Positions 1-29,066 of a DNA stretch of 56,829 bases are shown piece after piece. A program made the translations under genes and the position numbers. The first letter of the stretch is position 1, and every line of letters starts with the position of its first letter. Source of the DNA: Chromera velia (taxonomy: Eukaryota). The stretch spans positions 1-56,829 of the forward strand of contig JAHBMJ010000083.1 in assembly GCA_018398765.1 (NCBI GenBank), given 5' to 3'. A model generated the notes under the pieces. The model was not told the DNA's origin. It ran no database searches and saw only the letters and a list, made by a program, of their open reading frames with translations.

Positions 1-265
1 TGTGTGTCTGTCTGTGTGTCTGTCTGTGTGTCTGTCTGTGTGTCTGTCTGTGTGTCTGTCTGTGTGTCTGTCTGTGTGTCTGTCTGTGTGTCTGTCTGTG
101 TGTCTGTCTGTGTGTCTGTCTGTGTGTCTGTCTGTGTGTCTGTCTGTGTGTCTGTCTGTGTGTCTGTCTGTGTGTCTGTCTGTGTGTCTGTCTGTCTCTG
201 TCTGTCTCCGTCTGTCTCCTGTCTGTCTCCTGTCTGTCTCCTGTCTGTCTCCCTGTCTGTCTCCC

Positions 266-296
<31 letters not shown>

Positions 297-385
297 GTGT
301 CTCCTGTCTGTCTCCCTGTCTGTCTGTGTGTCTGTCTGTCTGTGTGTCTGTCTGTGTGTCTGTCTGTGTCTGTCTGTCTGTCTCT
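1..385. repeat. Compound TG/TCTG microsatellite (12-nt unit TGTGTGTCTGTC, degenerating to the right), intronic
   Basis: Near-perfect 12-nt periodicity over 1-195, then mixed TCTG/TCTCC units. The overlapping CLSV/VCVS ORFs are its translation. Confidence 0.95.
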
Positions 386-457
386 GTATGCATGTCTCCA
401 TCAACACATCAGCCCAGCCGTTGGACCAACCAACCGACGAACCAACTGACCGACCGA

Positions 458-580
458 CTGACTGACCTGACTTGGAACCACGCCTGCAGCTGCTGCATGC
501 ATTTACTTTCATACAGAATGCAAAAAAAAAAAAAAACTAACTGACTGACCTGACTTGGAACCTCGCCTGCAGCTGCTGCA
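458..580 (+). mobile_element. Micro-insertion A: ~40-nt A-tailed insert between 40-nt direct repeats that duplicate a splice donor
   Basis: 458-497 and 541-580 match at 39/40 nt. Between them lies TGCATTTACTTTCATACAGAATGC, then A15, then CTAA. Confidence 0.6.
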
Positions 581-806
581 ACACATGAGGGGAGAGCCCC
601 GCCGTTGCTGCCTTGAGGAAGGAAGGCGAGCTGTTCGGGTTCGCGTCCGTGCGTCTCTGCAGGGAGGCGGCCCAGAGGATCACCGAGTCGTGTCCTGCCA
701 GGGCGGAAACCTGCAGGAACTTTTCCTTGAACGGCTGCCAGCGCCACAAAGGAGCTCGCTGGAGTCCCCTCGCAGTCACCTCCTTCAGGAACGCGACCTG
801 CCCCCA

Positions 807-845
<39 letters not shown>

Positions 846-1527
846 AACAGGAAGGACCTCACGAGATGGACTGAGAAGAGAATTCAATCAAATGACATGG
901 GAAGAGAATTCGGACTGCAAAGGGGGAGAGGAACACCCCTGCATGCATCAATGCGAAGTCAACAATCGCCCCATGCGACCATGCAGAAATGCAAAACTAC
1001 CTCTTCGATCAACATTAGACACTTCCTCTAGACACGCATAGTTGATCAATCAGTGCGCCAGCTCCGATGACATGTGCGTGCGTTGAGATGAAAACGAAAA
1101 AGCCCTTCAAAGGAGCTGGTTGGTCTCGCGACGTCTTGAGTTCCCGAAGAAGCGTCCTTTATGGAAGCACGAAAGACAAATAAGAAGGGTTTGAAACTTC
1201 ATTGAAACCATCCATGAAGCCATCCAGCCGTCCATTCATGTACTTTCAGACATAGTGAGTTGGCCTCTTTTCCTTTCGCCTCCTACCTGTCCTGCCTTCC
1301 CAGCTTCCTGCAGGATCGCGTCCCTGTGCTCTTGCACGTTCACCCAGCGCTCACACATCAACCACTCCAACACGTGGACGTGCTGCATTCATTCAAGAGG
1401 CGAGGCAACACTGCAGGGCAATCAAATCGAATTGCAACGCAAGCAGGCACATTCAGAGGAAAAGAGAAAGAAGGAAGGAAGGAAGGAAGGAAGGAAAGAA
1501 AGAAAGAAAGAAAGAAAGAAAGAAAAA

Positions 1528-1563
<36 letters not shown>

Positions 1564-3059
1564 CAAAGAGAAAGACAGACAAACAGAAATACAGAAAGAC
1601 AGACAAACAGAAAGACAGAAGGAAAGAGCGAAATCTCCATTGGTGCTCATCAATGTGTTCTCGACCCATAATTCCATCTGCATCTCTACCCTCACTCACT
1701 CACTCCCTCACTCACTGCAGGGCTGACTCACTCACTGACTTACCCACCCCTCCAGAGGCTGCCCCTCTGCAGGCCGCCCCATCGTTTGCAGGATGCGCAA
1801 GCCCGATGGAGAACCCTGAGTGCTCCGAGACCCACGAGAGAGCGCCGGTACTTCCCGCCGCCGCACACTCTCGTATGAGTCCAGTCGTCCCGATGTTATG
1901 TTTATACGGATTCGGGCTGACTGTCTTCATCTGCTGCGCGGCTGCCTGCCAGTTGACCGAGCTAATGCGGGCTCTGGACTCGAACACCCCGTCAATGGAT
2001 GTTTTCCTCGCGTCCTCGTGACCGAATGCGACAGAGAGAGCAGAGAAGAACACGCGACTGATGGGGGCGAGAAAGAGAAAACTCCCCTTACCGTAGAACT
2101 TCACAACCAACAGGACCAACTCCAACGAAGCCAATGGGTGATGGTGTGCGCACCATCGCTGCATGCGCCCATTTCATTTCACATGCAGGAAGGAAGAGTA
2201 GTGCAATTGGAGAAGAAAGAAGGAAGAAACGATCCCTGCGGTGAGATGGCTTTGCCTGCTCCTTTTCTCTGACAGACACCCCAAAGACATGCATGCAATC
2301 GTTCAGCAAGTTCCCTCCCACAACATGCAGGCAGCCTCATGGATTTACAAATAACATCAGCCACATACTCCGCAACTGCAGAAAGAAAGAAAATGAAGAA
2401 AGGGAAGAAAATGAATGAAGAAAGGGAAGGAAGGAGAAGGACCCCGCCATGCGTCCCCCCCCCCTCCCCTCCCTCCTGTGTGGATCCTTTCTCCCCTCAG
2501 CAATTCTTTCTGCTTCATATTCCTTTCTTTCCTCCCTCCCTCCTTCTCTTTCCCCTTCCTTCCTTTCTCACCCTTCCCTTCTCCCCCTTCCTTTCTTCTC
2601 CCTCCCTTCCTCGCTTCCCTCCTTCCTTCCTTCTCCCCTTTTCCGTCCCTCTATTCGTCCCTTCAGACCTCTCTCTTCTCCTCTCCTCTCCTCTCCTCTC
2701 CTCTCCTATTTTCCTCCCTCTCCCCCCCAGCCCCCTTTCAACGAACCTGGGAGCTTCTGGAACTGAGGGAGGGGGAGGGGGGGGGGTCCCTTACATCAGT
2801 AGAGGGCGCAGGCAAGGAGGACGGCAGGGGAAGTGCTAAGCGTCGCGGTTCCTGGGGAGAGCAGGGGGAGCTCAGGCACCTGCTCGCACACAAAGAGAAG
2901 AACAGAGTGCATCAATCCATGGGAAGTGGAGGAGAATCAATCCCTTGTCTCGTTATATGATGCATGCACAGCTCACTCGTACCTGTCGGTGCCATCCCCC
3001 AAGACAGACACCTCCCTCGCACTCTCCCCGTCACTGCGAACGCTGGGGGGGCTGGCCAT
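550..3059 (-). CDS. Ankyrin-like repeat protein with an F-box-like N-terminal segment; 5' part only, continues off the left edge
   Basis: Phase-consistent GT..AG exons 3059-2983 (ATG, MASPPSVRSD), 2879-2747, 2158-1748, 1382-1287 and 797-550. The spliced protein shows repeated AAxxG(H/Q)xxxLxW-type units (CAAAGSTGALSWV, GAASGG|HVHVLEWL, AGKAGQ|VAFLKEV, SALAGHDSVILWA). It also has LASLELVLLVVKFYGKGSFLFLAPISR..RKTSIDGVFESRARI, which resembles the lead-in of expanded protist/algal ankyrin-like families. Family assignment is by eye. Confidence 0.7.
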
Positions 3060-3824
3060 AGCGCAGAGTGTGTATGTGAAACGTACAGTTGAAAGTTTCT
3101 ATGTACAGCCAGCGATCAGCCAGACAGCTGGTGCTACAGATGCAGACCTACCTACACAGACGTGGTTCACGAAGGACTAACTGAGAAAGCCGCTACGCGG
3201 TGTGCCATCGGAAGACCCACTGCTCGTATTGATACGTGCATCAACCGATCAGTCAGGAAATTGATTGACTGGGTGTAAGCAAACAGCCAACAGCCCTCAT
3301 GCAACAGCTCTGAGCTCTGTAGAGGACCGCGAAGTCAGTCTGCATGGTGCATGCAGTCTGAATATGCATGTGTATATGTGCATGGCCCCGGAAAGCGTAT
3401 GGAAAGCGTAGCGTGGGGCACCCAAAAAAAATGTACCGCGGGCAACTGCATGTCAACAGATGTCAACAGCTATCAAAACCACGTCGGAGACCGAGAACGA
3501 ATTCTTCGAGAGATGGGCAGGTGCACGTGTGAATGTTTTGTTATGCCGGATCAGCACCTGATGATTCAGCTGTGAAGCCGAACGCCGGGACCTGTTTCGA
3601 GTGCAAGTTCGGTTAAGTCGTGCGCTTAAATTCTCCAGCTCCGTCTGTCTCCGAAATGACTCTGTTGCCTCCTACGTCCAAAGGCCGTTCGATTTGACTG
3701 TACCTCCACACACCTCTAATCTGCCGATCGGGCACTTGCTCTGCCTTCCCTGTTCTGTTTTCTTGGTCTTCGATCGAGCGATTTCGAACAGCGAAGCCAG
3801 ACAGATAGCGAGAAGGACGGTGTG
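3060..3824. promoter_or_regulatory. Probable bidirectional promoter/5'UTR region between divergent genes
   Basis: 765 nt separate the minus-strand ATG (3059) from the DHX8 ATG (3825). The stretch is microsatellite-free and CpG-richer than the introns. Confidence 0.55.
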
Positions 3825-19826
<16,002 letters not shown>

Positions 19827-20497
19827 TGTGATCGTCCAGCTAGCTAGCAGACACGGGGAGAAGCAGTTCACATACACATGCAGTCATGCTTGGCATCATT
19901 GCAGCTACGTTTGCGAGGAACACATTCTTTCGATCGAAAAACCAGAGCTGGCAGAGCCTCCTCAGCAAGAGATTTCAACTTGTTTGATTCTTTACACTTT
20001 ACCTGGCAGTACCTGACAGTTTACGTACTTAAATTAGAAGACGTACATGCAAATCTAGATGCAAATCTAAAATAATCCCCCAATATTTTATGTTTTCCTA
20101 AACAGTTAGACTTTTGCTAGAAGTTGCTGCAAGCCTGTACGCGGAATTCTTGGATCTTGGTGATGTTGCTAATCATGTTAGGATGGGGAGTAGGTTAAAG
20201 CCTGAGTCTAACTTAAAGATGATGTCACTGATGTAAGACTGATAGTTGAGAGTCTAACTTGGGACATTGGATAAAAGAAACGACTAGAGAATTCCTACGA
20301 GAAACAAGTTATTCAAAGTTTTTTCAATCAATTGGCTCGTCATAATTCGCCATGCATACATTACTATGTGACAAGTACTGAAACATTAAAAAAAAATAAT
20401 ATGGTAAACCAAAAACTCCAAAGTTGTTCTTAAATTTTTTCTTTGTATCATGATGCAATGTCATTGCAATAGGTAGAATAAATTTAGGAATAAAGTT

Positions 20498-20633
20498 GAA
20501 TGCAGATTGTCGAGGGCCTCGAGGCTGAGGCCGCTGAGCCGCTGCTGAGATCAATGGCTTGTACCCTCTATAAGGAAGGGGACTCTCCGACTCGGACTTC
20601 GGATAATAATAATAATAATAATAAAAGAATGCA
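20498..20633 (+). mobile_element. Possible 5'-truncated retro-insertion ending in (TAA)7
   Basis: A GC-rich ~100-nt segment sits in AT-rich DNA, with a (TAA)7 tail at 20604-20624. GAATGCA flanks it at 20498-20504 and 20627-20633. Confidence 0.35.
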
Positions 20634-21727
20634 TATAATCAGCTACTTATACAGAGGAGGCGGGCGTGCATTAGTCGGCCTGACTTGGCCAGTCCCGTAC
20701 TACTGCGTTGCCTATCGGTGCGGCGGCGCTTGAGACATTACGGAGAAAATGCATGCGTCAATCCATGTTGTAAAGTTGCTTAGTGAAACACTCAGGGTGA
20801 TTCGATACAACAACTTTCGATCGATGAGAGCAGAAGCCGGACAAACGTCTTGCATTATTATTCTTGTATAGAGAACCATGTAAGTGACTAGACTGATGTC
20901 CTTGACTGGACCATTCTAGTTCATTTCAAGGTCTGCCTGGGTACTGTCATTCAAAGTTTGGTTGTATGTACTATACTGTATGAAATAACTTATTGAACCT
21001 AAAACGGATACATTATTACTAGTTAATACTAATCATTAATGAATACTAGAATAAATAATATGAGGAATAGTAATAGTATTATAGTACTGTTAAGAAACAT
21101 AGAAAACTCTTGCTGAGGAGGCTCTGGTTGTTCAATCAAAAGAATGTGTTTCTCGTTGTTTCACTACATTTTTTTTAGTTAAAGACTTAAATTTTCTATT
21201 ATTTGAAACATTTGTACTTTAAAAATGCTGTACATTTTTAGAACCCGGGCAATGGATGGCAAATGTTTTGCTGCGACGAACGAATCAGCGGTCTATGTAC
21301 ATGGGCGACATGCTGTTCAAAATTTGTCGATGTAGCGGCCTCTTCGCTTCTTTGTGGGGTTCTTTCTCATTTCGTTGTTTCAGCTTGTCGATATGTAGGT
21401 CGCCGTCCCTGTTTTGGGAAGAAAAATGCCACAATTTTGTGACTTGACTTGAGTGTTTGCGCGTGCAGGTGACTTAGAGACTCTGGCTTGTGAATGGGTG
21501 AGCTTGTTTTGGCCGGAAGGGGGAGGAAGAGGAGGAGTAAAACAAGCCCAGCTGCAAAATAAGCACAGATGTTTGAAAAAAAGACCAAGAAACTCGTCTT
21601 CTTTCTTTCGAACTTCCGCAACCTGCATGAGCCAGCACCTTCTTTTCTTCTCTTATTCTCATTTTTCTTTTCTTCTCCTTAACCCTTCCCTCGCCTTCTG
21701 TCTACCATTTCTCCATCCATGTTTTCA

Positions 21728-23908
21728 TCAGAAGTCGACAAAGAGCAGATCGGCCCGTCCGTTTGTCTCGCACTTGATCAGCAACCCCCCGAGGAGATCG
21801 TTGACGTCGGCCTCGATCGGACCCAGACTCTCGTAGAGGGCCGCCTTTGCCTGCTGACACGCCACCTGCATCCATCCATCCATTCACTCGATCAGCCATT
21901 TACTCAGTTGGTCGATAGATCGATCCGTCAACCAGCCAGTCAAGGAATGACTGAGCACGAAAGTGTACACAGAAAAAAAGTCTATCTGTGATGTACATCG
22001 ACTTGTTTATCGTCAGAAAGCTGATGTCATTGGTCAACCATGTGAACCAATGACTCCCACAGAATGATAATTGAAAAACAAGACCCATCCATGCACCTAG
22101 CTCTTGACTGACCCTCTCTAAAATTCGCTCTCGCACGGCGTCGGACATCTGAGTGCCTTCCAGCCGCACCACTCGAAGCCTTGCCCCCTCGGGTCCTGCC
22201 GCCTCTGCCGCTGCATTGAGGATTGTTGCGATGGGCATTTCTGCCTCGTCCGTGATCCCTTCACACCCTGAGAGATCGAATTCTTCCAATCCTCCTATCG
22301 TGGATTCTTTATTGGCTGCAGCGGAGACGGCAACTGAGAGCTCCGTCAAGCCTCTGTGAGTGACTTGCGTGTTACAGAGACGAATGACTTTCAACCCCCC
22401 TGTATTGTCGCCTTCGGGATATGGCGTGGTGTTACGGGTGGAGGAAGCGTTCTTGTTCGAAAACCAACGACTGGTGGCTGTTGTTGACTGGGAGACAACG
22501 GAGTGATGCCCCCCCCCATGACCACCCCTGGCCGGAAACACGATAAACTCGTTAGAAGTCATCTTCAATCGGTCCTCGTGCCCTAGGTCCAACATGGGTG
22601 TGAGGTTCTGTTTGTCCTTTCGGCATGGTGATTTCTCCCCTGCATTCTCCTCCTCTTCTAATTCCAGCAATGTCTCGAGAGGGGCGGTGCCGTTCGTCAA
22701 CACCCGTGCCAGTGCAGACACCCCTCCATCGCCCACTTTGGTCCCCGAAAGATCGATAGCTGTGAGCACGAGGGGCCGTTTCTTTCGAGGAGACTGGAGG
22801 AGGCCCTTACTTGATCCCCTCGGATCGTTCTTTTGGGTCTCCACCGAAGCCCCAAATTCGACTGTCCCGTTGGAATGGCGGGAGGGTGTGGGTCCGACGA
22901 GGGCATTCACGAGGCGCTCTATGGCCTCGTCCCCCACATCTGTCGACCCAGAGAAGTCCAGCGCTGCTGTGCGGGGACACCCAGGAGGACCTCCAGAAGA
23001 GTGGATCCCCATCTTCTTTGTGAGCGCGGAGGCGGTGCGGGCACCGTGAAGCTGCAGGCAGAAGAGCGAAAGAGAGAGAGGATGGGAATGAGAACAAGAC
23101 TGCATGATCGGAAGGAAGGAAAATTCATTTTTCATTTTCATCAGAGCACCCGCAGGTTCCAGACGGGAAGAATGGAAAGGACAACCAGAAGAGCAGTTAG
23201 AAAGAAAAGAAAAGTGCATCTCGGCAGAATTAATGAAAAGGAAGTGGAGCAGAGGAACTGGGAGGTCCCGTACGTGTGTGCAAGACAGAGAAACAAGAGC
23301 ACAACACAATTAACCAGAGTTGGCCCCAGCATGCTGTCCACGCACCATGTCATCCTCAAGAATTACCAAAGAAAGAGACAGACTTATAAAGAGAAGAAAG
23401 AAAAAGAGAAGCCAACGAATTGAATGATCGAATGACGTACTGACTGACTGACTGACCACGCCATGCACCCTCTTTTGACACTCCTTTGAGACGGAGCTGC
23501 CATCAAAGAGGATGCACTCGATGTCCCCTCCGTTCTCGATGGTTTCCTCCAACCAGTGTATCAGACTGATCTCGCAGGAGTCTGTCAGCAGTCTGCAGTC
23601 TCTGACGTCGATCTTCTCCAGATTCACTGCTGGTTGACCTTTCAACCCCTCGAGAACAGCAGAAAGACCCCTTTGTGAGAGACTCGAGCCTTGAAGGCTC
23701 AGGACGGTCACGGAGGAGAGGATCCTTTTTTGTCCCTGGCTGCTGAGTCTGTCGAGAAATCGAGAAAGGACAGCAGCTGCCTCATCCCCACATCCTCTGT
23801 GATTCAAGTTGATGCACTTCACAGATGTGCCCCTTCCCTCCGCAGTGTCAGACAACTCTTGCAGCAAGACAGGAAGGTTGTGGTGCATGAACAGCTGCAG
23901 GCAGGCAC

Positions 23909-23947
<39 letters not shown>

Positions 23948-26900
23948 CAGGTAGGGATCGAGGCAAACAACCGATGGAGCGTCACGCAGGATGCAACAGC
24001 ATTCCCTCCCTCCCTTGAACGAAAAATGTAACGAAAGTGTTTTCATCTCTTTTGTCTTTTCTTTTCTTACATTTCTGTTTCTTTCCGCCTGTTCTTGACT
24101 CTCGTTCATTCTGTCTCTCTGTGCATGTGCGTGCACACAAAGCACCCATCTAGCACGAGGAAAATCCCTCTCCCAGATCTACTCACCCACCCGGTTTGCT
24201 TCCTACCTACCTTCTCATCCACTTGTCTCTGCAGGGCCTCCGACACAGCGGACCCCCTGAGACGCACCTCCCTCAACTCACTCCCTCCCTCAGACCCCAC
24301 GCCTGCCTTCTCCTTTCTCTGCCCCGCACATCTCTCGACAAAGGCCAAGAGGGCCTTCACTCCCGAATCGCCCAGAGAGGGGCAATTGGAAAGGTCCAGA
24401 GTTTGAAATGTCTTTGCACAGGGGGCAGAGGAGATGGCCTCGAGGAGGTAGGAGAGACCAGAAGGGGAAACGGAGGCAGTCTGAAGTGAGAAGTGTTTGA
24501 CTGCAGATGTACAGCTCAACTGAAGGGGGGGGGGCGGCTCTTGTTTGGATGAGAGGAATTTTTGGAGTCCCGAGTCATCCAGGAGGGGCGATCCCAATCG
24601 GATGGCTGTAACTCTCAGAGGTCGGCTGCTTGGGTCCTTTTTGAGTCTTTTCTCAATCTCACGAAGAGTTGCTAGAACAGTTTGAGCATCCTCAGAGTTA
24701 AAACTCCCACCTCCTCGCTGGGGAGGGGGAAAGCCCACAGAGAGGAGGGAGGGACCAACTCTCTCTGCATGGTTTTGGGCTCTGGTGACAAGCTCGGATC
24801 CCCCAGACCTCACTAGTGCTTCTGTCATTTCGGAGGGTATCGGCATTGCTGGCAGGATCGTGCTTTGACCCCGGTCCTGTGCATTGACGCTTACGACTGT
24901 AACGGTCTCTTTGTGTGCAGCAATCTGAAGCTGTAACCTTTCGGAAGGACTCAGGGAATCCTCCAAAGCCATCCGCTGTCTTCGCATCTCTTCAGCCTTC
25001 TCTGGAGTCTTTGCGGGGGTTTCGAAAATTTGGGTGGGCAGTGGGGAGGAAGAGAAAATGACCGTGTGGGTCTCTGAGTGGGAAAGAAGAAGGTCGTGTG
25101 CGCTGTGCCCTTCTTTCATGACAGGAGAGAGAGAACCTTCCTGGGGGGGGTGAAGAAGGGAGAGCGGTTTGAAGTAGACGGCCATGTTTCGGGTCCCAGT
25201 AGGCGTTTTTGCTCCCTCTCTCTCTAGAAAGATGAGAAGGGCAGTGAGGGAATCCTCATTGGATACAGACGGCGGGACGTCTCCTGCAACAATCAGCGTG
25301 TTTGTCTGTCCGTGCAGGAGGAGACTGTCTTTTCCTTCTTTGTCCAGAAGAAGAGCGGGGACACCTCCGCAGCTCTCTGGCAGTTTCGTTCGGCTGTCTG
25401 GGAGTTTTTTGAACGTTTGTCGAGCAAGAGTCTCCACACTCTCCCCTCGAGTCCCTGACGCAGACTCTCCCTTCCACCAATTGAGAAGGAAATCGGCATT
25501 GAAGAGCCACACGGGAACAGCAGAGGAGGACGAAGAGGCGGTGCGCTGTTGAGGAGACAGACCGCAGAGATCACTCAGGAGTTTCAATGACAGCAGGGAG
25601 GGAGTCACAGGCAGGTGCTCAAGGTCTCTCTTCCCTGTTGAAGGGTCATCCTCTACAAACGCCTGCAGCGTGGCAGTCAGTCACGGAGGAAGAAGAGAAG
25701 AAAAGAGATTTGTTTCGGCACGTTCAGTGGGGCGCATAGCTAGTTCTTCTTCTTCTTCTTCTTTCAAGCTTCCAATTAAGAAAGCAGACCCCAGGAGAGA
25801 AAGCAGACCCAGCGTTTGACAGAAGCGTGTGCATTATCAAGACATATCATAGAGATGAGAGATGAAAAGACATGCAGCCGTGAGACCGCCGATGCATCAT
25901 TTGTCTTCCTGACCTTCCCTCAAGTTTCGATCTTTATTACTCAATCGATGCAGTTGTTTGTCCAATTTCCTTCTGGAATTGCACATGCATGCTGCTTCAG
26001 CCTCCCTCCTCTCCCCCTCATTCTTGTGCACATCTCTCTTTTTTTCTCTTTCATTCAACCGAAACCGACCTGCGTGGACCGATCCACGTAGTTTTCTTCC
26101 CTGCATGCATGCACGTCCCCATACCGATGGATGCATTCAATATGAGATCGAGCTAGACAACAGAGTAAAATCTTGGAGCAAAGACGGGGGTTAACGTGTC
26201 TGCAAGACTTAGTTCCTCTTTGGTTTGTGTACAAATGATTCGGTCTGAAAAGTTCAATCTGAGTGTCAGGTCAGGCAGTTGACAAGAGGGTAAATGAGAC
26301 GCACAGATCGAAGTAAAAAACAGTACGGTGACTGAACGTGCAGAGACTTTAGATCACCCAGTATCCTATCAGAATCAAAGATCGATTCATTTGCCCCTTT
26401 GCAAAGACTGACTTGACGACTTCTTGCAGCAGCTCCTCCACCACATCATTCACCAGATTGGAGCGGGCTACTTCCTGCATCCTCATCATGAATAAATGAA
26501 TGGATGAATGAATGAATGAATGGATGAATGGATGAATGAATGAATGGATGAATGAATGAATGAATGAATGGATGAATGAATGAATGAATGAACGAATGAA
26601 TGAATGAATGAATGAATGGATGAATGAATGGATGGATGAATGAATGAATGGCTGAATGAATGAATGAATGTATGAATGAATGAATGAATGAAGGGGGAAT
26701 GGCCGGAGGGTGTGGGGGGGGTAGCATGGAGTTTAAATATGCATAGAGTGGGAATTCCATGTAAGAGTTTTGAGCTTCAAACACAAAACCTAACCATCTC
26801 GACTGCATGATGTCCACATCCATCTCGTTCTCTCAAGCGTTGACTCTAGAGCGAAATCGGAGGCTGGAATAACTGCTTTCACATGAGTGTAATGGCTTTG

Positions 26901-27707
26901 CAGTACGCAGAGAAGCAGAGAGGGAAAAAGAGGGAGACACCCCTGGAAACGGAAAGGAAATTCATTTAAAGGGAGAAGGACAAACACAAATCGATCAGCC
27001 GAAGACACGCTTCACATGGACAACAACGCATTGGCACAAGAAAACGCCGAAGATCAAAACGGACATCAGGGCGTTCTGATACCAGAAATACACAAAGGTG
27101 GGCAGGAAGGAATACGACTCCTCAGACAGACAGACAGACAGACAGACAGACAGCAGACAGACAGACGGGTGGGCTGACAGTCTCCTTGCTGGTATCTTTC
27201 TCCTCTTCATACAAAGTATTTCTTTTTGAAGTAAAGAAACGGACGGACTTACCAGTTCAGTCGACGAGACAATGGGCCCCTGTATGGGTTCTGGAGCTAT
27301 CTCTGCCGGCTGCACGAAACAGAAACCGTGACAATGGAAATCGAATCCGACACATTCATTGGTTAATTGATCAAGAGAGCCTGGGAAAGAAAAGCAGAGA
27401 ATACAGGCAACTTCAGGGGTCGAAAAGAAAAGGCAGCTTTGTCTGCTCAGGAATGTGTCCGTGAGAAAATAGATGAAATATGCGTTCCTTCTATTCTCGT
27501 TTATTTGTTCCAGCATCCATCCATGCGCAGTCGCCATGCCTGCTCTGAAGGAAAACGGAGTGCAAGCTTCCATTTTCGACGTGCCACAGAAAGCTGGTCG
27601 CACACACACACAAATCCGCTCGCGGGAGGCGCACACATGATACGGAGGGCATATGCACACATGCCACCATGCAAACACACACACACACACACTCACACAC
27701 TCACACA

Positions 27708-27749
<42 letters not shown>

Positions 27750-27793
27750 AACTCTCTCTCTCTCTCTCACACTCTCTCACACGCACTCACTCA

Positions 27794-27832
<39 letters not shown>

Positions 27833-27879
27833 ACACACTCACACACATGCACTCACTCACACACACACACACACACACA

Positions 27880-27914
<35 letters not shown>

Positions 27915-27916
27915 GC

Positions 27917-27999
<83 letters not shown>

Positions 28000-28275
28000 G
28001 CATACTTCTGGCAAGCATGCAAAGTTCGCATGCACGTATGGAACACAACAGCTATTACGTGTCGCCACATGCAGGCGTGCATGATGGTCGCAGTTCTCGG
28101 CACTGCACACAAAAATGTAATTCGGCCAGTTTTCCGACCGCTGCTTGTATTTCTGTTTCGTTTCCAGTCTATGCGCTCATCTGTGCATGCACTTGCTGCC
28201 TGTTCAGCTTGCAGACTTTCATCCAAAACACAGGCTGACTTTGGTGGCAGCTGCTGTGGATCCTCCACACCCCAT
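21728..28275 (-). CDS. RNI-like leucine-rich-repeat protein with a candidate N-terminal myristoylation/palmitoylation signal; 5' exons partly tentative
   Basis: Firm phase-0 exons: 25662-24211, 23894-23457, 23051-22113 and 21865-21728 (ends LLFVDF*). LRR motifs: LDLSNCPSLGDSGVKAL, CINLNHRGCGDEAAAVL, IDLSGTKVGDGGVSAL, IRLCNTQVTHRGL, FDLSGCEGITDEA. Likely upstream exons: 28275-28240 (MGCGGSTAAATK|gtcagc) and 27309-27253 (PAEIAPEPIQGPIVSSTEL|gtaagt). Pieces near 26420-26480 (EVARSNLVNDVVEELLQEVV) and 25914-25972 (RKLDKQLHRL) look coding, but I could not fully reconcile their phases. Confidence 0.75.
26490..26692. repeat. (GAAT/GGAT)n microsatellite, intronic
   Basis: Tetranucleotide run read directly from the sequence. 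Confidence 0.95.
27674..27996. repeat. Alternating (CA)n/(CT)n compound microsatellite, intronic
   Basis: Alternating CA and CT blocks read directly from the sequence. Confidence 0.95.
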
Positions 28276-29066
28276 CGATGACTCTTCTTTCTTGGATAGG
28301 TTTCTTTTTTCGGCTTCGTGTTTTTCTTCTCGACACTCCTCCAGCGGCAGTGGATCATCCGCTTCGGAGGAAAGAAATTCAGACAGTTGATGTGCCAATT
28401 TTAATACTCACTCAGACCTGTCCCCTTCTTAAATTCCGTAGATATAGACCGGGCGGGAAAGCTCACTCAATCGACGCTGATCGATTCATCTGCAGTATAT
28501 ATATATTAATATCGATGTATGTATCGATACCTATACCTATCTTACATGTAAGCAGTCGATCAGACGCGTTCCAATACAGAAATTATAAGCCGTGCATACC
28601 GATACGCGCAGATGCCGTGGCCCCCGCGCCTGTATGCGTACATGCTGGGATCGAGCTCTTGCATGGTGGCTATGGCAGCCCTATACAGCTAAATCCTCCT
28701 GACGCACGCGCGCAGAGGTTCGTACGTCCCGCGGCCTCCTCCATGCAAGGGCATGTCTGGCACTAGGTGTCTGCGTGGACGACGCGTGGACATTTGCACA
28801 GGATTCTCAAGCAATTTCGCTCCACAGTTAACCTCCCATGTAAGGCGTAATGATTCAGAAGCTTTTCTTTGTGGGTGTGAAACTCACTCGGTGTGTTTCG
28901 ATTGTGGCAATTGAATCACCATGCAGTCTGCATGATCGATCAAGGTGTCCTGAATGCCTGCAGGGACAAGAGACGATGCATGATTTTATGAAAAACAAAA
29001 GGTCGCTATAATACATCGCGCTTCCTGGGACGAGGAATAAGACACAGAGGCACGAACAACGAAAAG
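28276..29066. promoter_or_regulatory. Probable bidirectional promoter/5'UTR region between the LRR and MFS genes
   Basis: About 790 nt between divergent ATGs; CpG-rich and repeat-free. Depends on the tentative ATG at 28275. Confidence 0.45.

Noticed and set aside
2..544. Long ORFs of CLSV/VCVS, THTH, FIHS or QTDR repeats here and at 8685-9494, 15010-15688, 27367-28358, 49100-51737 and 52422-54303
   Set aside because: They are translations of stop-free microsatellites and show no protein signal.
1237..1253. CATGTACTTTCAGACA, similar to the micro-insert filler (also GTTCATACAAAAAA near 13997)
   Set aside because: No flanking direct repeat was found and the match is too short.
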